Assembly: GCF_018350175.1 (NCBI RefSeq)
Contig: NC_058383.1
Coordinates: 12,836,001-12,900,000, forward strand
DNA from: Felis catus
Lineage: Eukaryota
Length of the DNA stretch: 64,000 bases
Direction: 5' to 3'
A program made the position numbers and the translations under genes. The notes beneath the pieces are model-generated. The model saw nothing but the letters and a program-made list of their open reading frames with translations. It made no database searches and had not been told where the DNA came from. Numbering within the stretch: the first letter of the stretch is position 1; each line of letters begins with the position of its first letter. This document shows positions 13,220-25,795 of this stretch, piece after piece.

Positions 13220-13433
13220 TTTAAAAAAAAAAAATTTTTTTTAACACGTACTCATTTTTGAGAGTGAGAGAGACAGAGCATGAGTGGGGGAGGGGTAGAG
13301 AGAGGGAGACACAGAATCTGAAGCAGGTTCCAGGCTCTGAGCTGTCAGCACAGGGCCTGACGTGGGGCTTGAACTCACAGACTGCAAGATCATGACCTGA
13401 GCTGAAGTCGGACGCTTAACCGACTGAGCCACA
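13220..13433 (-). mobile_element. CanSINE, missing about 10 nt of the 5' head
   Basis: gagacagagcatgagtgggggagggg..gagatcatgacctgagctgaagtcggacgcttaaccgactgagccac; flanking repeat accttttctt at 13210 and 13444. Confidence 0.93.
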
Positions 13434-14434
13434 CCAATGTGAAACCTTTTCTTATAAAAAGGAGTTTGTCTTGCTATGTACCTAGCTGTCTAGGTACTCG
13501 AGGAGCAAGAAGGTACTTGACAAACCACTTTGACTTCTGGTATGCTGCATTTCTAAAACTGGCTGGAGGAGCTGGGTGCCAAACTACCTCCTCTTACCTG
13601 TCACACAGAGCTTTGTTCCAGTGGGTGATACCACTCCAGGACTCCTGAAGTGTGCAGCTAGGAAATGGTTGCCAATACTCCTGGGTCCCGTTGTGCCTCC
13701 TTGGTTTGCTGTATTGTCAGAGTCTCACTGTGTGCATGTTTTGCCTTATTGCTCTGTGAACAGTCACCTTATCTTCCTTCTGATGGCTGACCTCAAACTT
13801 GCAACCTTTCTCATTCAGTCATCATATCTTCTAGCACCTAGTCTATGCTGATTGTAGGCACATGTGAATTACACAGAGTTTTCAATGCTGCGGAGCTATA
13901 TGGTGGAAGACAAAGATTAAAAAAAAACAAAAAATCAAAACCAGTAGCCAAATACTTATAATTGGATGAAGGATAAAAAGAATAATCATAGACTCTTTGA
14001 GAGTATGTACTAAGGGGAACCTAGCCAGTCCTGGGTGTTTTGAAGAGTGACATTTGAGCAAAGTCAAATGGAGGGTCGCTGAGAATTAGCAGGGAAGGAG
14101 GAAGGGAAGGGGACATTGTCTACTAAGAAGTATACTGTGAAATTATTATTTGTTTCTTTCTCTTCCCCACATGGTTTTATCCATCCAAAGTGGGCCAGTA
14201 GTGTTGTGCTTTGTCAGGATGATTAACTCATTAAATTGGGCTCTTGGCATGCTGTCTCTCTAAATTGTGTTCTAGTAACCTTTTAGGAAACCTAGTGCTA
14301 TCTACAGTCCCTTGTTATGTGGCTGGAGTTGGCTCAGGGCTTGGGAAAGATACACTTGCTGAAGGAAGTCTTTCTCTGCACTCTTCCTGTCTGTAAGAGA
14401 CAAAGTGTTAATATGTCATACTTTTTAGATATAA

Positions 14435-14575
14435 TTTCTCAAACTTCTGACTTCAGAATCACCAGGAGCCTGTTAAAAATGCACTTTTCGTAGCTTTTCA
14501 TCCCAGACCTGCTGACTTAGAATCTTAGCAGTAGGTCTCCCTGGCCATTGTCGCACACTCTATAGAGAGCCACTG
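14435..14575. mobile_element. MER5-like hAT-Charlie MITE remnant
   Basis: tttctcaaactt..cagaatcaccaggagcctgttaaaaatgca..cccagacctgctgacttagaatct..gagccactg. Confidence 0.55.
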
Positions 14576-14634
14576 CCATGACGGTATGGATTGCCAATGG
14601 GTCATTCAAACCTTAAACAGGGGCTTTTCATCAT

Positions 14635-14847
14635 CGTATTTAAAAAAATTTTTTTTAATGTTTATTTACTTTTGAGAGAGAGAGCATTTGGGGGGGGGGC
14701 AGAAAGAGGGAGACACAGAATCCGAAGCAGGCTCCAGGTTCCAAGCTGTCAGCACAGAGCCTAACGTGGGGTTCGAACCCACAAACCATGAGATCATGAC
14801 CTGAGCCAAAGTCCGGCACTTAACTGTCTGAGCCATCCAGGTGCCCC
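14635..14847 (-). mobile_element. CanSINE
   Basis: Typical body and head ccaggtgcccc; TSD ttcatcat at 14627 and 14848. Confidence 0.94.
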
Positions 14848-14901
14848 TTCATCATTTTAGCCCCACTGGGCCCTGTCTGATTACCCACCATCTCTCACCA
14901 T

Positions 14902-15076
14902 CAGGACCAGCTATGTAATTTGTGGGGCCCAGTGCGAAATGAATGCACAGAGCCCCTTGTTGAAAAATTAAGAACTTCAAGAGGGTGGCAGCTGAGCATT
15001 AAGCCAAGTGTGGGGCCCTTCTGGGTCATGACCCTGGGAAACTGCACAGCTCTGGGAGACCCAGGAAGCTGGCCTG
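14902..15076 (-). mobile_element. MER45A-like hAT-Tip100 MITE
   Basis: caggaccagctatgtaatttgtggggcccagtgcgaaatgaa..gccccttgttgaaaaattaagaacttcaaga..gagcattaagccaag..gaagctggcctg; terminal inverted repeats CAGG.CC.GCT. Confidence 0.8.
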
Positions 15077-15644
15077 CCACCACTTCTCTTTGCCTTTTTA
15101 AAGTGAACTGCTTATTGCTCCCTGTGTACTATGCTGTTTTTTGCCTTTGTCCCCTGGCTGGCATAGTGTGAAATGCAAGTTTTCACCTCTTCTGTCTCAC
15201 CCTGGCTCACCTCACTTCCTGGTCCTGTGCAGATTGCCACTGCAAGACCTTGTCCTTTGAGCACCCGCTCTTCCTCACCCTTGGATTCCCTGCCCTAAGC
15301 TGGGGCTCTGCTGCTGTTTCCTCTTAAGTTTGCTGAATAAAATACTTTCGTCTGAATGCTTTGCTTAAAGCCTTCATGAGGTTAGGGACCACTGGGAGTG
15401 TAGATTCAGTTCGGAGTGAGGTGTTGGAGGCAGTGTTGTCCCCAGGAGCATTAGGTGAAGGGCCTGCGCATGACTGGTATGAGAGAGGCAGTGTGAGGAA
15501 CAAGGAGGAAACAGACTTAGGACATATCTGGCAGCTTGTATCCTCCACATTTGACACATTTGGTAGTTGCTGCCCTACCTCTGGTAACCAGGGTTTCATT
15601 TTTGGATCTCTCGTTGACCTCTGAGTTTCTGGGAACAACAGCTT

Positions 15645-15872
15645 GCTTTCTCTCTCTCTCTTCATTCCTTTATGTTTGTTTATTTTGAGAGAGAGCGAGC
15701 ATGTGTGAGCAAGCAGGGCAGGCACACAGAGGGAGAGAGAGAGTCCCAAGCAGGCTCTGCACTGTCAGCAGAGCCCAATGTGGGACTCAAACTCACGAAC
15801 CGTGAGATCATGACCTGAGCTGAAATCAAGAGGTGGAGGCTTAACTGACTGAGCCACCCAGGCAGGCGCCCC
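15645..15872 (-). mobile_element. CanSINE
   Basis: tcccaagcaggctctgcactgtcagc..gagatcatgacctgagctgaaatcaagag; TSD aacaacagctt at 15634 and 15874. Confidence 0.94.
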
Positions 15873-16431
15873 AAACAACAGCTTTTTCTAAGCCGCTTAT
15901 GCTCAAATGTGCTGGTAGCGAAACCTGTGGGAATGTTTCTTGTGGTAGGAAGGTGACCATTTTGCTCAGTGGTTAATACTTGAAATGAGACATTCCTGGA
16001 TTGTTAGAGCTACTATGTTCTGGAGAATTCCCCAAAGCTGGATGCACTTGGTAAATGAAGTTTTGACTCCTGTGGGCTGAGAATCAGGCACTGCCTGGTA
16101 TATGTAAAAGGACTGAGGATTCATAGAGGCAGCTATGAATTTAGGCAAGAGGTCTGTGATGCCTCCTCATGTCAGAGATGGACAAGCAACCAGAAGTTCA
16201 GAGAACTGAAGCAGCATATTCAAGGTTGATTTAGATATTTAATGTGTGAGCTGGCACTGGAATCCACAAATCCTGTTCCTCCTGAGGCCTCAGTAAATAT
16301 TTGCTCAAAGATTGTTCTGTTCTTACTTTGAGGCTTATCATCTGGCCTTGACCTGATGGAGTTAATGGAATGAAATATGTGCTTCTCCTTTGAAATTGTT
16401 TTGAAGAGTTGAAGTGGACAGATTGTCGAAA

Positions 16432-16620
16432 CAGTGCTGTCTAATTGAAACATGTGAGCCACATATGCAATTTAGAAGTCTTCAGCCACATTAAAAAAGT
16501 AAAAAACAGCTGACATTAATTTTAGTAATTTAACCCAATATATCAAGTTTTAAAGCGTTTCAACTTAACTGTTTACATATACTTATAGAGATATATATAT
16601 GCATATATAAATATTGAGAT
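16432..16620. mobile_element. MER33-like hAT-Charlie fragment
   Basis: cagtgctgtctaat..atgtgagccacatatgcaattt..agccacattaaaaaagtaaaaa..attaattttagtaatttaacccaatatatc. Confidence 0.6.
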
Positions 16621-18440
16621 ACTTTCTTTTTTTCCCTTGAAGGTACTGTACTGCATGGTGCAGGTCTAGAATATGCTAGCCTACACATTTAATTTTTATC
16701 TTCCCTTCCTTTCTAGGCTGCTTTAACCCATACTGGTTAACACAGGAGCTTGTGATTGCTGTGAGGGGGGAAGCTGGAGGGTTTGGGATGTAAGCTGACT
16801 TGTTAGCTTTCATGCACCAGTTGAAGGAGTCAGCCTCAGAATGCTCCATTAGGGGTTTGCTATAGACATCTGTCTTTCTGCTGGGCATCTGAGGTAGCGT
16901 TTGCAGCCTCTTAGGGGACAGAAACCACCTTGTCCGGAGACATGTGCTGTCAGTGAAGAAGAATCTCTCTGCTGTTGAGTCAGCCTTGGCTTTGACCTCC
17001 TGTCTGCACAGAGAGCTTACTGCTGAATTTGAGCCCTGCTCCTCTTAAAGGGAATCCGGAAAGAAGGTGTGGGTTTTGAGTAAGATTACTAATGGTCAAC
17101 CAGTGAAGTCTTACTTGTGCCATTTAAATTAAAATCTAAGCATCAGGTAGATAGTATAATCATTTCTTAGCCTAGGTAGATCATAGAAACTAGCAAATTA
17201 AGGCAGCAAAAGATCCACATGCCTACTTGTCAGGTCTGCACTTATTTCTGAAGGAAAGCTAGCACATATTTGGTCCACAGGGTATGGTTTGAATGGAGGT
17301 TTTTCCTTCATTTTTAGATCACTGCTCAAAGTCCACTGACAGAATACAGGAGACAGCCTTGATTAGATTAGGCCAGATTGGATTAAATCGAATGGTTAAA
17401 GCCTTTGGAGCCTCCAGCTTGTAGGAGACACCATAATGGCCTTCATAGCATCCCTAAATCCTATTAGGTAAGTTAATCTTATTGAAGAATTTAGGTCTGC
17501 ATAAAGCAGCATTGCCCTTCTACTCTCTGTGGTGGTCTCTGGCCGTTAAGGTGAACTGACAGATACTAACTTTCTTGGAATAGGTTGGTTTTGTTGGTTT
17601 GGGGCAAGTTATCCTAAATGCTTTGAGAGTAGATACCTCTCAAAGGTGGAGACAGAGGTGTTTGGTAGAGACAACATTCTGTGGAGGAAAATAGTCTCTT
17701 TGGCTTGGTGTCTATTAGCGTCTGTGCCAGGGATGTTTTTAGCCCCGGTCGGGGGAAAGAGAGTCAGGAGAGATGTGTCTAAATAGTTGTAAAATCGGCT
17801 GCTGTGTCATTATGGCAGGTGTGGGGGAGGATGGATGGGTGGGAGCTTTATTTTTTAGCTTTGTGAAATCATCCCTTATAGCCCATATCCATTTTAGAGG
17901 TTGTCATTAAGAATCATGTGCTGAGTATATAGTATGGTTGAGACACTATGCTAGATGTTGGGAATAAAATAACCAATCTTGAAACTTGCATCTTTATCTT
18001 GATTTTCTGGGTGTGTTTGTAGTTTTATCATAAGGTAAGTGAGAATTGGCTCTTGCCTGTTTCCACAGATGCAGTGACTGTATTTTTCTGAAGCAAAATG
18101 TCCTTTTTGCCACAGGATTCTTTCCAGTTTGTGGATTTATGGACAGGCAGAGAGCTTTACAAAGGCATATAAATTATTATGTCAAATTTTATTATGAATA
18201 CATTGTCTTTTGGGAAAAGAAAAAAATGCTAGAAATTGGGACTGTCCAGCTGTGAGTATATGCTTTACTGCACCCACAGCGAGGACTGGTAGAACTTGGG
18301 AGGGAAAAGGTAAATTTGACTTAGGTCTTCGCTAAAGGTGGTTTGGTTAGACACTGACAGCTTTAACCCACAAGTGATTATTACATACAGAATTGCCCTC
18401 CAGAGCAGGGGCAGTTTTTTCCAGGCATCTTTAAAAATAA

Positions 18441-18612
18441 GGGGCACCTGGGTGGCTCAGTCCATTAGGTGTCCAACTTCAGGTCATGCTCTCATGGTTT
18501 GTGGGATTGAGCCCTGTGTCGGTCTCTGCGCTGACAGTGTGGAGCCTGCTTGGGATTCTCTCTTTCCTTCTCTCTCTGCCCCTCCCCCACTCACACTCTC
18601 TCAAAATAAATT
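18441..18612 (+). mobile_element. CanSINE (sense)
   Basis: ggggcacctgggtggctcagtc head, caggtcatg, ggagcctgcttgggattctc, (CT)n, aataaa. Confidence 0.93.
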
Positions 18613-20051
18613 ATAAGTTGCATAGTGCCTCAGCTAGGGGCTGGGCATCTGCGGTTAAAAGATCCCGTTAATTAATGCAGAAAGTGAGGCATGGTGAGGC
18701 ATCTGATGGTACATCTGGTGCTTGGTGAATGACCGTAGGAAGATGCCTGCATCCAAGGGGCTGAGGAGACACCATGACCTGGGGACTTCCTCTGCTGTTG
18801 TGGAGTGGGGACTTCACCTTCTTGATAGAGCCGAGGGGACTTGTTAGCTGTTAATCACTCCCCTGTCTGGGCTCTGCCTATTCTGAGGCCAAGAAACGAG
18901 TTAAGCGTGGTTCTTTGTTTCAGCGTTTCTGGTGAGGCAGCCCTGCATCTGTGTCCTGTCCAGAAAGACTAAAGAGAATTTCAGGGGTGGGCCAGGCATG
19001 GAGTTTGACGAACAGTTAGGATAGATTAATGGTTTTGATTTGCTTTTAGGAAGAAAAGTACAGCGAGCCCTTTAGATGAAGATATCTCTCTCCAACCCTC
19101 CTCTGTGTCAAGTGTACGGTGTTCTCTTCCTGTATGGCACTTGTGTTTTCAAGAGCTAGGGTCATTGACAGAACGCTTCTCACTCTTGAGTTTCAGAGCA
19201 TAACAGAGTACACATGTCTGAAGCCAGAAATGTAATTTTCTCTGAGTGTAATAAGAATGACTTAAATTCTCTGTGTGTGCATGTACATGCTCATGCAATT
19301 GTGGGTTTTGTTTTCATGCTCCTTGAGGAGAAATACCCTCCTTTTTACTTTTATTGATTCTTGATTGCACATTTCTCGGGGTTACTTTTGTTAGGAAGCA
19401 GCTGGAAGAATGTGTGCTCATTTTGTCCTTGTGACCTTTACTCCTGTGCCCCTCTGACCTGAGACTCACCCTGCCCGCCCTCTCCTCTGCATCAGCCCAG
19501 CTTTGTTCATGTGGGTCTCTTGTTCTCGCTCAAGGAAGGAGACATCCTTGCTTCTCTCTGTCTCAGCTTGCTATCCATTTCAGTGGAGGCAGTTCCAGAT
19601 GGGAAGAGGTTAGGGAGGGAATTTGAAGCAGGAGAAAAATTGGATCTGGTTAGGAGAAATTTATAAAACTTCTGTATTCTGTGCTAATAGTTCTCAGATG
19701 CTTTGGGATTACAACATGAAACGTTGGTCTGGAGACCTTTGAGAGCTGCTCTTACCAGCCACCAGACGGCCTTGCCTGCTTTTCCTCCCTGTCCCATCTC
19801 TGCTCTTTCTGCCTAGTTTGCATGAAAGAGCCCACTAATTCTTTATCATCCCACTCTTCTCTCTTTTAAAGTCTTCTTGATGTGCTTCCCACCCCAGCTG
19901 ATTCCAATGTTGCTTGGGCTAGCTCCCAGTCTTGCTGAGTCCCTTTGGGATGGAGGAGAAGCCATCCTCCTCTCCATAGTGTGTCAACACGCCCAAGGGG
20001 AAGGAGCATACAGATCCTTCCACGTCCTGCCCCAGAGCTTCACAGGAAGCA

Positions 20052-20298
20052 GTAATAATGCTGAAAGCTTATTGATTACTTAAAATGTGCCCAGCACTGT
20101 GACAAGCACTTTACATGGATTATCCCTTATCATGCTCAAACCAGCCCAATAAAGTATGTGTGCTATCACTGTTTCCATTTTACAAATGGGAAATGGATGC
20201 CCAGAGAGGCTCAATAACTTGCCACTCTGTACACAGCTGGAATCAACAGGCAGGATTAAGATGGGAACCTGGCATCCCGATTCCAGGGCTCATGCTCA
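20052..20298 (-). mobile_element. MIR (near full length)
   Basis: ttattga..atgtgcccagcactgtg..aagcactttacatggattatc..ccattttacaaatgggaaatggatgcccagagagg..aacttgcc..cacagctgg. Confidence 0.8.
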
Positions 20299-21038
20299 GC
20301 TCCTCAGGGAAGCTGGGAGTTCCCAGCCAGGAGAGCCTCCAGCTTGCCTTACCTGGGGTATCTCCCCTTTTACACTCACCTAAACACTTGCGCTGTTTAT
20401 GTTTTCAGTTCACTAACTGAATGTTCTGGATTAGTTTTTCATGATGGTCACTGTGTGTTTTAAAGAACCAGAAATAAAAGATGTTAAGAGGTGGGCTTTT
20501 ATAGCCATAGCGTTCCTCATCTGTGCAGTCAGGTAACAGGACTCCTGGCAAGGAGATAAGGCCATAAGTGCTCTTGCTTTGGAAAGATTAGTTAATTGGT
20601 AGAGGTTGTGTTTCTGTGGTTAATTTGTGCTCCTGTCGCAGTAATACGTGAGCATCCACAGGCGTGGAGTGTGCCGTCCAGCAGCCCCATAAAACAAGGC
20701 ACTCTTCAGCTCTAGCACCAGTGGGTTCACCTGAATAACAATAGGGAAGCTTGTTGACCATTTGGCACTTCACAGCCCAGTAATTAGAAACTGTAAAACA
20801 ATAATACAGACATGAAGCAAATCCTCCAGTTAATGAAAAAAAATCTACAATCCTGCTTTGTGGCTGAGTGCAAAATCACAACCGGCTGCTTATACAACAA
20901 AGCAAACACTTCAGGATTTTGGCAGCTGTTTTACACATATAAAAAGCTCTAGGCTCTCTATTAATTTGGGGGCTGTCATATTTGTTAAAAACTGAAAACA
21001 ACGATTGCCTGACTTTCTTGTTTCTTATTAATTTACTG

Positions 21039-21219
21039 CAGTGGTTCTCAAATTATGGTCCCCAAACCAGAAGTAGCGGCATCATCTGGGAACTTGTTAG
21101 AGATGCAGATTTCTTGGGGGGGGGGGCATCCCAGGCCTATAGGATTAGAAATTCTGGGGGTGGGGCTTAGTAAGGTCCTCTAGTGATTCTGATGGTACTC
21201 TGAAGTTTGAGAAACACTG
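21039..21219. mobile_element. MER5A MITE
   Basis: TIRs cagtggttctcaaa / tttgagaaacactg; internal gcatcatctgggaacttgttagagatgcaga. Confidence 0.88.
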
Positions 21220-23855
21220 GGGAGTGGATAGAGGAATTGGGGGGATGGGGACTGGAGTCCCTTTTCAGCCCCACCTTTAGGGGATCACTTTGCTTCTCTC
21301 ACCAGAAGGGAGACAGCTGGCCCCAGAATATGTGAAGTTCCCCTGCTGCCGGCAAGTAAGCTGCGGGGAGGTGTCTCAGGGAACGGATGTGCCTTTGGGG
21401 GGCCTGGTTGGAAGAGGAGGCTTGGACTGTGGCTTATTACCCATTTGTAAGGAATAATTTCAATATTTCCTTTGCCATCTGGGTGGTGCTTTTGACGTCA
21501 GCTCTGAAAGGCCCAGATTTACCAGACAGAGACGTGGGGACAAAAACAAAGACCATCTGATTTCTCAGGCCAGGCTTGCAGTGCTGCCATGTAAGGTGCT
21601 CATCTTTGTCAGCAACTATCTATCGTTAAAAACTGAAAGTTAAGATGAGGTGAGGTGGTGGCAGGACGGATTTCTTCTTTTCTGTGTTCCCTCCCTTCCC
21701 TATTTCATGTTTTTGCCCACAGCTGTCTTGGCAGATGAAACTTATGTGATAATTTTCTTGGGGCCTCTTGACAAATGGCCCCTCTGCCCCTTCCCTACTG
21801 TATGGTGACTGCAGCACTGACCCACGTTCATCTCAGAGTCATTAGAAGTCTTGCACAGCTGACCACGGAGCTCTTGGGAAATAAGAGCTTGCCACCAGAG
21901 TGAAAAGGGGTTCTCGACTGGTGTTACCACAAAGGCTCGGGTTCCTAACACTCCTTGAATAGTGTGGTTGACAGACAGTCTGCCTCTTGGGGACAAGACC
22001 TGATACAAACAGAAACACCCATCCTACAGTTTCCTGGTTTTTATCCAGATTTGTTTATTGTGCTCACATTTTAAAATGTATTTTGTTTACAATTTTTCTG
22101 CCTTTCAGATCACTGAATTTTCATGTTCCCTTGGAGGGGGGGTGGAAAGCAAAACGAAACAGAAAACGAGGGGCACAGGACCTGTTGGTCAGTTGGTGTT
22201 AGTATATCCTATTCTTTGATTTAATCACCCAGTGTAGCACAGGAAAGCGGCAGGGATAAAAGGGTAAATGACACATGGCTCGGTCTTCCAGGACTGATGA
22301 AGAAAAGAACTACCCAGATCTTGGGTTCACTTTACTCCCTGTTTTTGAATGGGAGAACTTGCTTGAAAACCTGAATTTGGTGTTGGACCACAAACCCAAC
22401 ATCAGGCTTTTTTTTTAATTTTATTTTTATTTATTTTTTGCGGGGGGTGGTGGGTGGGTTTATTATCAGAGGTGCTTCAAATAAAGAAAACTTCGAAGCC
22501 TGAAGCAATCAGATATTGAGATACTAGAATACAGAAGCCTACAGTCACACTAAAGCAAGGTCTTGGCTATTCCATGAAGTCTTGTTGTCACTCAGACATC
22601 CAAGGAAGGAAAGCTAGTTGCCAACATATCGGAAATTCTGGTGTAAATGTCAGATGTTTGGACCACTCGTTATTGTGAAGGCTTATTTTGTATTTTATTT
22701 TATTCTAAGGGATCTGTGGCCTGCAGGCTCTTAGGAAGTGGGAGTTGCTGATTCTCCTTCCATGTGATATTCAGGGCTCATGGAGAAGTCAGAGGCTTAC
22801 ACTGGAGCATTTGGTTTCCTGGTCATCAGGAAAGATGGTCCTTCTGCCAGACTGGGAGGGGGGAGAAAGGGGGCAAAGATGAGCTAATAAGCCTGTAGCC
22901 CCTTGTATTTTCATGAGTGGTGCAGCCTTTCTGTACTAGGACAGAAAGACTGACCTACCGTCCTCCCCAGCCTGCCTGCCCTTCATTTTGCTTTAATTAA
23001 ATACACAGCTGATGATGTCAGCCTGGCTCCTGGCTCCCTCAGCTTCCCCCTTGGAACAAAACATCCGGGCAGACAGTTGTGACAATTAAAGTCTGAAGAC
23101 CCAAGCTTCGTTTGTTCTGAGGTAATTAAAATAAATCTGCCTAAACATCTCCAAATGCAGATAAAACTTAGTGCTGATTAGAGGTGACCCTCTAATAAAC
23201 CTGATTTGATTAGGCAGAACCACTGGGGTGCAGGCAAATATTTGAGATTCTGGCCAAGCTGATTATTCCATTGACCTTTCACTTGGGAAAGAAACCTGTT
23301 TGATTCTTTCTATCCCAGAGTACATGAAAACTATTACCTGTGACACTTAGGTGAAATAAACCGGCAGGACCTGTGGACTTGCCCTTAAGAGTCGCAGTCA
23401 GCTACCACCTGGGACATGCTTGCTTCCTGGCAGATCAATGGAGAATGGATTTTGCCGGAGGTTCTGGCCTGGAACGCTAATTAAAAAGGACATTCTAAAA
23501 TGTACCCAGGCATGTTCTGATAAAGTCTTAACAGATGTTGGTGGCGAAGGTTGTTTTTTAAAGTCACAGTTTTTCTTTCAATTTATTAAGGTACCTTTTA
23601 ACAGTTTGTTATGTATAGGAAACTGTACCACACTAAAACTGCTTTCGTGTTTATATCAAGACCTCATTGCCAGTTTGGGAGAGATTTTTTAATTGCTTCG
23701 TCTTGCTCCTGTAACACTGGGTACGTGTCTCTTCTTAGCATTTGTCATATTGTACTGTAAATTCGGGTTTACTTCTTTTGTTGTGTTTTAGAAAGCAGGG
23801 AAGTTATCACATTCTCCTTGATGTCTGCCCAGATGCCTATCACATGGGTCAACTA

Positions 23856-24191
23856 TAGGGCTTGGCAAACTATAGGCTACAGGCCAAAACAGGCCACTAC
23901 CTGTTTTTGTGTGGCCATGAACTAAGAATTATTTTTATATTTTTAAATGGTTGAAAATAAATCAAAGGAAGGATATTTAAGTCATGCCACATGAAAATTG
24001 TGTGAAATTAAAATTTCAGTTTTCATAAATAAAGTGTTTCTGCACTACAGCCATGTTCATTCATTTACATTATTGTCACTGGCTGCTTATGTGCTACAAC
24101 AGCAGAATTGAGTAGTTGTAACAGAGATCATATGGCTTGAAAAGCTTGAAATATTTACTATCTGGCATTTTGCAGAAGTTTGCTGACCCCT
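23856..24191. mobile_element. MER58-like hAT-Charlie element
   Basis: TIRs agggcttggcaaact / agtttgctgacccct; internal acagccatgttcattcatttac, gcagaattgagtagttgtaacagaga, aatatttactatctggc. Confidence 0.85.
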
Positions 24192-24394
24192 TTCCTATTA
24201 TATACCAGGTATATTATAAGTGTTTATTGTTTGAATTATTTTACATATAAATCTGAGTTTTCAGGTAGAGTTATTCTGATCCTGGAAGTGTTCAGTGAAT
24301 TTTAAATGAATGACAGTTATTTCTCCTATTATCTTTTTGTAATCTTACCTTAGGTCTTAGTGGTGCTGGTTCATCTCTGAGAGCTAGACAATTA

Positions 24395-24720
24395 CAATTG
24401 ACCCTTGAATAATGCAGAGGGCTAGGGGCGCTGTGTAGTAAAAAAATCCATGCATAACTTTTGATCCCCCCCCCCCCCCGCCCCACCAATTTAACTTGTA
24501 ATAGCCTATTGTTGACTAGCCTACCTTACCCATAACAGAAACAGCTGATTAACACATATTTTGTATACGTGTTATATAGTATATTCTTACAGTAAAGTAA
24601 GCTAGAGAAAAAAACGTTAAGAAAATACATTTACAATACTGTAGTGTACTACAAAAAACCAACACACACAACCCATGTTTAAGTGGACTTGTGCAGTTCA
24701 AACACATGTTCAAGGGTCAG
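24395..24720. mobile_element. Tigger2-type non-autonomous TcMar element
   Basis: TIRs caattgacccttgaa / ttcaagggtca preceded by TA; internal taatagcctattgttgac, agtaaagtaagctagagaaaa, gtggacttgtgcagttcaaac; contains poly-C run near 24466-24484. Confidence 0.85.
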
Positions 24721-25584
24721 AAGAGTTTTGTTAATATTTATTAACTTTCCAGGTTCTGAACCTGGTGTATGATATAAAGAGACACCATGGGGCACACGGA
24801 AGTTAAACTGACCGGGTCTTGCAGTAAAGACATGGCATGACTCTTCATGTATTCGTCTGTTCCTCTTTGCTGAGGCCGTTCTCTTTGATGAAAGAGAATT
24901 TCTATAAACCTAGGGATATCATGAGCAAATTACTGTCCGGTACTGTATAATACATTAGTTCATGTAGGCATCAATGTCTTTCTTTGTGGGCTCTTTAGCT
25001 CATTAGCAGGGAGATTCATTTTAAAAAAATAATAAATCCATGGTTTAAAAAGTAAACACTGCAGAGCATGATAGCAATTACCAAGTGTAAACAGTGTGGT
25101 CTTTGAGAACCACTGTGAAATTGTCTAGTGAATTAAATTATTATGCTTTTGATAGTCATGTATCCACTTCCATTGACTGTTCAGGATTTTGCTTCAAGGA
25201 GGACAGATGAGGTATAGGTAAAGTTTATTTTTAAGACACTACTGTTCTTAGGTAAAACAAAACGACAGTGTGACAGATGTACAGTGACTTGAAATCTGGC
25301 TTTTGTTTTGAGCCAGTATCTTTAAAATGACCAGTGCCACAAATAATAAATTCATTCATATGCAGTAGAGCTGGTGGGTGTTGGAATTTTACAGAATAAA
25401 GTGAGAACACTAACTTATGGAGAATTTCTACATTGAAATATTATGTAGTCTACTGGAGTTTGAGGGAGAAGATGAATTTGGCAGAAAGGAGAAGGAAAGG
25501 AGGTTAGGAGATACATAAAAAAATATGGGTCTGAACTTTCCTAGGAGTCTGAGGAAGTGATGTTTTCCTCAGAATGACACCACT

Positions 25585-25795
25585 GTACTCACCGTTTGTG
25601 TCCTCGCTATGAGATAAGCACTTTTTATATATTTGTGCTAGTTTTAAAATAGCCTGGCATAGTATGTAGGGGATAATATCCTTATCTTACAGGTGGGAAA
25701 ACTGGAACTTTGGTTAATTGGCTTGCTTGAGGTTTTGTAGTTAGAGCCAAGTTTCAAACTCTATCTGAATGACTTTTATGTCTTAATGTCTTTTC
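25585..25795 (-). mobile_element. MIR fragment
   Basis: atccttatcttacaggtgggaaaactgg..ggttaattggcttgcttgagg..agagccaagtttcaaactc. Confidence 0.6.

Noticed and set aside
13241..13432. Recurring MAQSVKRPTSAQVMI peptide ORFs (also 29069, 37119, 44521)
   Set aside because: Translations of the CanSINE head, not a gene family.
16717..16789. Possible exon (good pyrimidine tract + AG; gat|GTAAGC donor)
   Set aside because: Weak donor context, 73 nt not frame-preserving, no other support; typical pseudo-exon.
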